DNA from: Psilocybe cubensis | Lineage: Eukaryota | Assembly: GCA_017499595.2 (NCBI GenBank) | Contig: CM039007.1 | Location: 1-64,000 of the forward strand | Length of the DNA stretch: 64,000 nt | Direction: 5' to 3' | Shown here: positions 1 to 9,000 of the stretch, in pieces | How the letters are laid out: each line of letters starts with the position of its first letter | Position numbering within the stretch: position 1 is the first letter of the stretch | The notes under the pieces: model-generated | Told to the model about the DNA's origin: nothing | The model's database searches: none | Seen by the model: only the letters and a program-made list of their open reading frames with translations | Program-made: the position numbers and the translations under genes

Positions 1-149
1 CTAAACCCTAAACCCTAAACCCTAAACCCTAAACCCTAAACCCTAAACCCTAAACCCTAAACCCTAAACCCTAAACCCTAAACCCTAAACCCTAAACCCT
101 AAACCCTAAACCCTAAACCCTAAACCCTAAACCCTAAACCCTAAACCCT
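1..149 (+). repeat. Terminal telomeric array (CCCTAAA)n = (TTTAGGG)n; left chromosome end
   Basis: About 21 perfect CCCTAAA units from base 1, with the C-rich strand on +. Confidence 0.97.
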
Positions 150-761
150 AAAAAACCCTAACCCTAAACCTAAACCTAAACCCTAAACCCTAAACCCTAA
201 GCCCTAACCTAACCCCAACCCTAAGCTAACTAAGTCTAACCTTAGTAGGAAGTAAGGTAGGCGTGTGAACTTCCGAAAGGCATGTGATTGTGAAGGGCCG
301 GATCTAATTTAGTACATGGGAAAAGTTACTTAGTACCTCGGGAAAAGTTCCTTAGTACCGTGGAAACATTTTTGATGGACCGGATCATGAACTGTCCAAT
401 TAAGATTCACAACAATCAATCAATTGATTGTTAGGTAAGGACCCAGGTAAGCTATTTATACTCTTGACATGAGAATATTCCCATGTCACGGTTACTCGGA
501 GCCACGTAACCAGAGTATTTTATATCCATGTGATTCACATCACAGTCAATAACCCACGATGTCAAAGAACAAAAGTGTTGGATCCACTTTTGACAGGTTA
601 CCATGTGCCACATCGACCCGTGACACTCTGTTCATCAGAGATCTGTCTAACTTGACAATAAACATTGACAGATTTGTGATAGTCGGTAAGATACATGACA
701 GCTGCGCAGCATCACTTCACGCGCTGTCATCGGATGTTCCAGAACATTCCTTCTAAGAATA

Positions 762-824
762 GCCACTGAAGAGTCTATAAAGACGAAAGGGCTGGCTGCT
801 GATAACAATCAACAGCCCTCTGGC
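762..824 (+). ncRNA. Type I hammerhead ribozyme; predicted cleavage after C820 (CUC)
   Basis: GCCA-CTGAAGA-GTCT/ATAA/AGAC-GAAA-GGGCTG...CAGCCC-TC-TGGC. The catalytic core is complete and stems I, II and III pair. Confidence 0.92.
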
Positions 825-858
825 CTTCTTTCCATTTAACTCACAGTTTAAACAAGTC

Positions 859-887
859 GCTCGCACCTCGCTTCGCTCGGTGCTCGC
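859..887 (+). promoter_or_regulatory. Conserved hairpin just upstream of the telomere-annealing site (putative RT recognition signal); repeated at the 3' end of every pLTR and fragment
   Basis: GC-TC-GCACC-TC-GCTTCGC-TC-GGTGC-TC-GC. It covaries with the family-2 copy at 26979-27013. Confidence 0.65.
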
Positions 888-931
888 TCCCCCCCTAAAC
901 CCAACGACTTTGCTATTACCCAACAGCTACT

Positions 932-2087
932 ATGTCTTCCACTTACTCTGCTGCCTTCTCTCGTGCCATGTCCCCCACCCTGGACGCACTCACCCAGGCT
1001 GTCGTCAACAACACAGTTTTTGGCGTCAACGACGAAGCTGGCCGCCACAACGCCCTCATCGACGAGTTGGCCACTGTCGTCATCAAGAAAATAGCTGAGT
1101 GCCGCTCCATTGACCAGATTGTAGACTGCGTCTTTTTTGACTATCGTGCTGCCCTTAGGGAGTTTCTCCTCAACCTCGCATCGTGGTGCGATAAGAGGGA
1201 AACAGTCAAGGCTAGCCTCGAGCGCCTTGAACTTGCCGTTAGCGCAGGCAACACCCCCAATCGCCTTCGGGTGAAGGCTCCCGAGTTCCAACTTACGAAG
1301 GAATTCGCGGATGCCGGGTCAGCGGAAGCTCTTCGAGTTTCCTCTACGTTCTCCACCGCTCGTGATGTCTTCCAAAAGGCAATCAACGACGGCGCCATTC
1401 AGGCGAAAAAGGACGAACTGGCCTTTTGGGATGATAAATGCGCACTCAATAACTGTTATGAAGCTGCTGCCCTCATCGTTAAGACAACTTACGATGATCG
1501 CAAATCCAGCTATAAGCTCCCCGTTTTCTCTACAGACAACAAGGGAGTTCGTCGAATAACAGATTGGGTAGTGTCACCGCAGAAGAAGGCTGAATGCAGC
1601 GCATTGCAAACCATTTTGCCAGCCATCTTCTCTCATATCAAACAGATTGTCAACTTGCGCCACCGCGCTTTGGCAATCAAGATTGAGAAAAAGCGGTCGA
1701 CTGCGGCAACAGCCGATGTCGAGATGGCCGATGCGACCAAACCAGGTCCATCGATTCAATCCCTTATTGATAAGGGCTTGAATGCACGTCTCAAGAAGCT
1801 CAACCTTGGATCTGTGGGCAAGAAGGCAAGTTCTCGTAACCCTTCACCCATAACTCTGGATACTAATTACTATTCTAATTACCCAGACTTTGTCTGGCCA
1901 GAATTCGTCCAAGGCTCCTCAACCTCAGGCCAAGAAAGCTGGCCCTTCGAAATTCAAACCCTCGTCGACGCCTTCGCAGAAGAAGCCCCAAACCAAGGCT
2001 TCCAACAAGGTCGACAACAAGAAGAAAGGGAAGGGGAGAGCTCCCGTCAAGAACGATCCAAAGGGAAAGGGAAAGGCAAGAGCCTAG
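932..2087 (+). CDS. Predicted spliced ORF1 protein (join 932-1825, 1887-2087; 364 aa) with a Lys-rich C-terminal tail
   Basis: AAG|GCAAGT donor, CTAAT branch and CCCAG acceptor define a 61-nt intron. Splicing joins in frame to the 1890-2087 ORF. Equivalent introns lie at 6991-7051 and 15783-15843. Confidence 0.7.
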
Positions 2088-4462
2088 ACGCGCGGTCTAA
2101 TGTAGTACCTTTTACGTCGGTAAGACCCGCCTTCCCCAACTCTATTCCTGACGATATACTCACCATGACTAAAACAGACGCAGTTTCTTTTGTACACTTA
2201 CATACGCCGATCTCATTCTTGTTGGCTGGCCAGTATCGTAGTAGTGTACACTGTAGTCCTGGTGTGGTGGTCCCTGTAGATATAGCAAATGATTTGTCAC
2301 TCGGACTCAATTATATGTTTTTTACTCTACCTTCTCAAAGTCTGATCATGCAAGCATGGAATGATTTTCAACGAAGAATAAGATGGCGTATCTATTTTTT
2401 GTTTAAGGAAGGCATGAACAAACCTTTTGATCCAGATTACGGAGTAAGCTCAAAAAAGAAAGAGAAACCTCCAGTATTACCGCAATACATGGAACTTGGC
2501 CTTTCGATGGGACGTCGGTACGTGCAACGCACGATCGCAAGTATCCCGGAAGAAGCCCTTACGGAGATGCGAAAGCACGCGTTCTCTCCTAAAAGGGACA
2601 AGATCCGTAAGTTTCTTATCGATAACAACTATGTTATTACGATGACAGATAAGAATCTTGGCCTCGCGGTGTCTGAACGCGACTGGATATTAAGGAATGA
2701 GCTCAATCTTCTTAAAGATGAACGTAACTATGAAGAGTTAGAATTCGAAGTTGCGCAAGAAGTAATGAAGAGCAAAATGATCCAGATGCAAACTCTTGCA
2801 CATACCGTCGAAGATGAACATCTGTTTCTATTTGAACTTGGGTTGTCTCGATTCTTTCTATCGAATGTACCGGAAGACGGATCATCGTTCAAGTACCCTC
2901 AATTTCATGGTATACCTAAAATCCACAAAAAACCTACTGGATTTAGGCCCATAATTCCGTGTCACTCTGTAGTATTTAATCCTGCAGCCAAGTTTGTATC
3001 AAAAGAGCTTAAGCCGATTATTAAATCGACTCCTTCAATCATTCACGGAACGAAGGATCTCTTTACGAGATTAAGCCAATTGCGTATAGACCCCAAACGA
3101 CAATGGTATTTTGTCACCGGGGATGTAGTTGCTTTCTATCCCAATATTCCGTTGGACTTGTGCATCGAAATCGTTTGTAATATGTACGAGGAATGGTTAC
3201 TCAACGCTTCGGAAGAAAACACTGCATTAGCCCATATTAATCCAAATTCGTTAGAGAATAACTTGGTTAAATTGGGCATCTTTAAACGTGCTATCGAGAT
3301 TGGCAATACGCAATTGATAACACAACATGGGTCTAGATATTTTAGACAAAAAAATGGCCTCGCAATGGGCGTCGCGGATTCTCCGGACCTTGCTAACCTC
3401 TTTGGAGCCCATTTTGAAATAAAGTCAAAAATCTTAGACCACCCAAACGTGGCCTTCTATGGAAGGTACATCGACGATTGTTTCGCAATTGTCTACGCCG
3501 AGTCCGAAGCACTTGCACTTAATCTTATTAAAGAAACAATAAAGTTCGATGGTTGTGTTATCGAATGGGCTGTTTCCTCGTCGGGATGTCAATTTCTCGA
3601 TGCTTTCATATTCAAGGAGTCTGGAAAACTTCATTGGAAGCCATTTGTCAAGACAGGAAACAACCGAGAACGAGTTCCATGGGTATCACATCATCCTTTG
3701 GACGTCAAACGTGGCGTCTACATTGGAGAGTTATCCAGGTTAGCCGTGCTATGTAGTACCAAGGAAATCTACATCGGAGCAATTAGAGACCTTAACGCTC
3801 TCTATTTGATGCGCGGTTATCCCGAAAACCTAGTCATGTCTTGGTGTAAGAAGAATATACAAGAACGTTGGGAAAAGCGATTCGCTTTACGAGTCGCAGA
3901 GCACGACGAATCCATTCTTGTACTTAAAACCAGATTTGATCAGGTATGGAATTGGTTTTCAGCTGCTGAACTTGGAAAAACTGTTACCGAGTACTGGTCG
4001 GCATGGTATGAACATGCCGAGAAAGGTTTGTATAGTGCAGACTCGTCCAGACCCCTTATCAAACCAGATCCAAATTACGTTCACGACCTCGATGATGTTC
4101 GCCCGGAGCTGTTCACACAGATCCTCGTGGACGGAGAAACTGAGTTCGTACCGGATTTGAGGAAGATAGGACTACTCGGAAGTCGTTGGATAGTATCGCG
4201 AAAACGCAATACTAATCTTTTCGACCTTGCAAATGTGTGGAAGAAAACAGTCTTTCGTAAACTGGATGAAGACATCGCTGAAAAAGGTGGTGTTGTTCCC
4301 GAAACTCAAAACGTTAATGAAACTTATCATTCTGCTTTAGTTGAAGCTGCTGAACAGATAAGTATCGAAAGTGATAACGAGATAATACTTCATAGACGTT
4401 CAATCTCACAAGAGAGGGAACATCCAGAATTCGGCAGAATATCCAAATCTTACAACCGATGA
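932..4462 (+). CDS. Penelope-like reverse transcriptase ORF (1176 aa if the internal intron is retained); no endonuclease
   Basis: RT motifs FHGIPKIHK, FRPIIP, TGDVVAFYPNIP, RQKNGLAMG, GRYIDDCF and QFLD, plus the thumb-region HHPLDVKRG. Confidence 0.92.
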   Translation: MSSTYSAAFSRAMSPTLDALTQAVVNNTVFGVNDEAGRHNALIDELATVVIKKIAECRSIDQIVDCVFFDYRAALREFLLNLASWCDKRETVKASLERLELAVSAGNTPNRLRVKAPEFQLTKEFADAGSAEALRVSSTFSTARDVFQKAINDGAIQAKKDELAFWDDKCALNNCYEAAALIVKTTYDDRKSSYKLPVFSTDNKGVRRITDWVVSPQKKAECSALQTILPAIFSHIKQIVNLRHRALAIKIEKKRSTAATADVEMADATKPGPSIQSLIDKGLNARLKKLNLGSVGKKASSRNPSPITLDTNYYSNYPDFVWPEFVQGSSTSGQESWPFEIQTLVDAFAEEAPNQGFQQGRQQEEREGESSRQERSKGKGKGKSLDARSNVVPFTSVRPAFPNSIPDDILTMTKTDAVSFVHLHTPISFLLAGQYRSSVHCSPGVVVPVDIANDLSLGLNYMFFTLPSQSLIMQAWNDFQRRIRWRIYFLFKEGMNKPFDPDYGVSSKKKEKPPVLPQYMELGLSMGRRYVQRTIASIPEEALTEMRKHAFSPKRDKIRKFLIDNNYVITMTDKNLGLAVSERDWILRNELNLLKDERNYEELEFEVAQEVMKSKMIQMQTLAHTVEDEHLFLFELGLSRFFLSNVPEDGSSFKYPQFHGIPKIHKKPTGFRPIIPCHSVVFNPAAKFVSKELKPIIKSTPSIIHGTKDLFTRLSQLRIDPKRQWYFVTGDVVAFYPNIPLDLCIEIVCNMYEEWLLNASEENTALAHINPNSLENNLVKLGIFKRAIEIGNTQLITQHGSRYFRQKNGLAMGVADSPDLANLFGAHFEIKSKILDHPNVAFYGRYIDDCFAIVYAESEALALNLIKETIKFDGCVIEWAVSSSGCQFLDAFIFKESGKLHWKPFVKTGNNRERVPWVSHHPLDVKRGVYIGELSRLAVLCSTKEIYIGAIRDLNALYLMRGYPENLVMSWCKKNIQERWEKRFALRVAEHDESILVLKTRFDQVWNWFSAAELGKTVTEYWSAWYEHAEKGLYSADSSRPLIKPDPNYVHDLDDVRPELFTQILVDGETEFVPDLRKIGLLGSRWIVSRKRNTNLFDLANVWKKTVFRKLDEDIAEKGGVVPETQNVNETYHSALVEAAEQISIESDNEIILHRRSISQEREHPEFGRISKSYNR

Positions 4463-4511
4463 AAAGAATACTAGCGCGTAAGGCGTAAAGCATTAGAAAA
4501 AAACCCTAACC

Positions 4512-4574
4512 GTAAGTATTCCTTGCTACAAAGTAACAAACATCTACTTACAAGCAACACATTGGATTAAATAG
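4512..4574 (+). other. 63-nt spliceosomal intron interrupting a telomeric tract (also at 9680-9742, 13071-13133 and 18472-18534)
   Basis: AAACCCTAACC|GTAAGT...ATAG|CTAAACC. Precisely spliced versions are present at 163/164 and 5325/5326. Confidence 0.88.
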
Positions 4575-5172
4575 CTAAACCTAAACCTAAACCCTAAACC
4601 CTAAACCCTAAGCCCTAACCTAACCCCAACCCTAAGCTAACTAAGTCTAACCTTAGTAGGAAGTAAGGTAGGCGTGTGAACTTCCGAAAGGCATGTGATT
4701 GTGAAGGGCCGGATCTAATTTAGTACATGGGAAAAGTTACTTAGTACCTCGGGAAAAGTTCCTTAGTACCGTGGAAACATTTTTGATGGACCGGATCATG
4801 AACTGTCCAATTAAGATTCACAACAATCAATCAATTGATTGTTAGGTAAGGACCCAGGTAAGCTATTTATACTCTTGACATGAGAATATTCCCATGTCAC
4901 GGTTACTCGGAGCCACGTAACCAGAGTATTTTATATCCATGTGATTCACATCACAGTCAATAACCCACGATGTCAAAGAACAAAAGTGTTGGATCCACTT
5001 TTGACAGGTTACCATGTGCCACATCGACCCGTGACACTCTGTTCATCAGAGATCTGTCTAACTTGACAATAAACATTGACAGATTTGTGATAGTCGGTAA
5101 GATACATGACAGCTGCGCAGCATCACTTCACGCGCTGTCATCGGATGTTCCAGAACATTCCTTCTAAGAATA

Positions 5173-5235
5173 GCCACTGAAGAGTCTATAAAGACGAAAG
5201 GGCTGGCTGCTGATAACAATCAACAGCCCTCTGGC
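5173..5235 (+). ncRNA. Hammerhead ribozyme (variant A)
   Basis: Same sequence as 762-824. Confidence 0.92.
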
Positions 5236-5924
5236 CTTCTTTCCATTTAACTCACAGTTTAAACAAGTCGCTCGCACCTCGCTTCGCTCGGTGCTCGCTC
5301 CCCCCCTAAACCCTAAACCCTAACCCTAAACCTAAACCCTAAACCCTAAACCCTAAACCCTAACCTAACCCCAACCCTAAGCTAACTAAGTCTAACCTTA
5401 GTAGGAAGTAAGGTAGGCGTGTGAACTTCCGAACGGCATGTGATTGTGAAGGGCCGGATCTAATTTAGTACATGGGAAAAGTTACTTAGTACTTCGGGAA
5501 AAGTTCCTTAGTACCGTGGAAACATTTTTGATGGACCGGATCATGAACTGTCCAATTAAGATTCACAACAATCAATCATTCTATTGTTTGATTGTTAGGT
5601 AAGGACCCAGGTAAGCTATTTATACTCTAGACATGTGAATATTCCCATGTCGCGGTTACTCGGAGCCACGTAACCAGAGTAATCTATATCCATGTGATTC
5701 ACATCACAGTCAATAACCCACGATGTCAAAGAACAAAAGTGTTGGATCCACTTTTGACAGGTTACCATGTGCCACATCGACCCGTGACACTCTGTTCATC
5801 AGAGACCTGTCTAACTTGACAATAAACATTGACAGATTTGTGATAGTCGGTAAGATACATGACAGCTGCGCAGCATCACTTCACGCGCTGTCATCGGATG
5901 TCTAGAACATTCCTTCTAAGAATA

Positions 5925-5987
5925 GCCACTGAAGAGTCTATAAAGACGAAAGGGCTGGTTGTTGGGATCCCCCAACAGCCCTCTGGC
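5925..5987 (+). ncRNA. Hammerhead ribozyme (variant B)
   Basis: Same core. The distal part of stem III is TTGGG/ATCC/CCCAA. Confidence 0.92.
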
Positions 5988-6096
5988 CTTCTTTCTATTT
6001 CAAACTCACAGTTTAAACTAGTCGCTCGCACCTCGCTTCGCTCGGTGCTCGCTCCCCCCCTAAACCCAACGACTTTGCTATCACCCATCAGTTACC

Positions 6097-9000
6097 ATGT
6101 CATCCCAATACTCTGCTGCATTCTCTCGTGCCATGTCCCCTACCCTGGACGCACTCACCCAGGCCGTCGTCAACAACACTGTCTTCGGCGTCAACGATGA
6201 AGCAGGCCGCCATAACGCTCTTATCGACGAGCTGGCCACTGTGGTCATCAAAAAAATAGCTGAGTGCCGCTCCGTTGACCAAGTCATAGACTGCGTCTTT
6301 TTTGACTATCGTGCTGCCCTCAGGGAGTTTCTCCTCAACCTCGCATCGTGGTGCGACAAGAGGGAAACAGTCAAGGCTAGCCTCGAGCGCCTTGAATCTG
6401 CCGTTAGCGCAGGCAACACGCCCAATCGCCTTAAGGTGAAGGCACCCGAGTTCCAACTTACGAAGGAATTCGCGGATGCCGGGTCAGCGGAGGCTCTTCG
6501 AGTCTCCACTACGTTCTCTTCCGCTCGTGATGCCTTCCAAAAGGCAATTAACGACGGCGCCGTTCAGGCGAAAAAGGACGAGCTGGCTTTTTGGGATGAT
6601 AAATGCGCGCTCAACTCTTGCTACGAAGCTGCTGCCCTCATCGTTAAGGCAACTTACGATGATCGCAAATCCAGCTACAAGCTCCCTGTTTTCTCTACAG
6701 ACAACAAGGGAGTTCGACGTATAGCAGAGTGGGTAGTGTCTCCGCAAAAGAAAGCCGAATGCAGTGCGCTGCAAACTATACTGCCGGCGATCTTTTCTCA
6801 TATCAAACAGATTGTCAACATGCGCCACCGCGCCTTGGCAATTAAGATTGAGAAAAAGCGGACGACTGCGGCAACAGCCGATGTCGAGATGGCCGATGCG
6901 ACCAAACCAGGTCCATCGATTCAATCCCTTATTGATAAGGGCTTGAATGCACGTCTCAAAAAGCTCAACCTTGGATCTGTGGGCAAGAAGGCAAGTTTTC
7001 GTAACCCTTCACCCATAATTCTGGACACTAATTATTACTCTAATTACCCAGACTTTGTCTGGCCAGAATTCGTCCAAGGCTCCTCAACCTCAGGCCAGGA
7101 AAGCTGGCCCTTCGAAACCCAAGTCGTCGTCGACGCCTTCGCAGAGGAAGCCTCAAACCAAGGCTTCCAACAAGGTCGACAACAAGAAGAAAGGGAAGGG
7201 GAGAGCTCCCGTCAAGAACAACGATCCAAAGGGAAAGGGAAAGGCAAGAGCCTAGACGCGCGGTCTACTGTAGCATCATTTACGTCGGTGAGACCCGCCT
7301 TCCCCAACTCTATTCCTGACGATATACTCACCATGACTAAAACAGACGCAGTTTCTTTTGTACACCTCAATACCCCGATTTCATTCTTATTGGCTGGCCA
7401 GTATAGATCTAGTGTACACTGTAGTCCTGGTGTTTCGGTCCCTGTTGATGTAGCAAATGATTTATCTCTTGGACTCAATTATATGTTTTTTACACTGCCT
7501 TCTAAAAATCTGATCATGCAAGCATGGAATGATTTTCAACGAAGAATAAGATGGCGTATCTATTTTTTGTTTAAAGAAGGCATGAATAAACCTTTCGATC
7601 CAGACTATGGAGTAAGCTCTAAAAAGAAAGAGAAACCTCCAATGTTACCGCAATTTATGGAACTTGGCCTTTCAATGGGACGTCGGTACGTTATTAAAAC
7701 GATCGCAAGTATCCCGGAAGAAGCCCTTAAAGAGATGCGAAAGCACGCGTTCTCTCCTAAAAGGGACAAGATCCAAAAGTTTCTTTTCGATAACAACTAT
7801 GTTATTACGATGACAGATAAGAATCTTGGCCTCGCGGTGTCTGAACGCGACTGGATATTAAGGAATGAGCTCAATCTTCTTGAAGATGAACGCAACTACG
7901 AAGAGTTAGAATTCGAAGTTGCGCAAGAAGTTATGAAGAGCAAAATGATTCAGATGCAAACTCTCGCACGTACCGTCGAAGATGAACATCTGTTTCTATT
8001 TGAACTTGGGTTGTCTCGATTCTTTCTATCGAATGTACCGGAAGACGGATCATCGTTCAAGTATCCTCAATTTCATGGTATACCTAAAATCCACAAGAAA
8101 CCTACTGGATTTAGGCCCATAATTCCGTGTCACTCTGTAGTATTTAATCCTGCAGCCAAGTTTGTATCAAAAGAGCTTAAGCCGATTATTAAATCGACTC
8201 CTTCAATCATTCACGGAACGAAGGATCTCTTTACGAGATTAAGCCAATTGCGTATAGACCCCAAACGACAATGGTATTTTGTCACCGGGGATGTAGTTGC
8301 TTTCTATCCCAATATTCCGTTGGACTTGTGCATCGAAATCGTTTGTAATATGTACGAGGAATGGTTACTCAACGCTTCGGAAGAGAACACTGCATTAGCC
8401 CATATTAATCCAAATTCGTTAGAGAATAACTTGGTTAAATTGGGCATCTTTAAACGTGCTATCGAGATTGGCAATACGCAATTGATAACACAACATGGGT
8501 CTAGATATTTTAGACAAAAAAATGGCCTCGCAATGGGCGTCGCGGATTCTCCGGACCTTGCTAACCTCTTTGGAGCCCATTTTGAAATAAAGTCAAAAAT
8601 CTTAGACCACCCAAACGTGGCCTTCTATGGAAGGTACATCGACGATTGTTTCGCAATTGTTTACGCCGAGTCCGAAGCACTTGCACTTAATCTTATTAAA
8701 GAAACAATAAAGTTCGATGGTTGTGTTATCGAATGGGCTGTTTCCTCGTCGGGATGTCAATTTCTCGATGCTTTCATATTCAAGGAGTCTGGAAAACTTC
8801 ATTGGAAGCCATTTGTCAAGACAGGAAACAACCGAGAACGAGTTCCATGGGTATCACATCATCCTTTGGACGTCAAACGTGGCGTCTACATTGGAGAGTT
8901 ATCCAGGTTAGCCGTGCTATGTAGTACTAAGGAAATCTACATCGGAGCAATTAGAGACCTTAACGCTCTCTATTTGATGCGCGGTTATCCCGAAAACCTA

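Larger units (their letters stand above)
150..5313 (+). mobile_element. Family-1 copy 1: 5' pLTR (150-902), ORF, 3' pLTR (to 5313); pLTR variant A
   Basis: Direct repeat with a 4411-bp period. Both pLTRs end in CCCCCCCTAAACCC. Confidence 0.9.

Noticed and set aside
559-756. 65-aa ORF (MSKNKSVG...) repeated in each pLTR
   Set aside because: It recurs only because the pLTR is repeated. Variant B stops at 60 aa, and there is no recognisable motif or evidence of coding selection.
848-1398. Antisense ORFs over the ORF1 region
   Set aside because: These are shadows of the sense CDS, and their lengths vary between copies.
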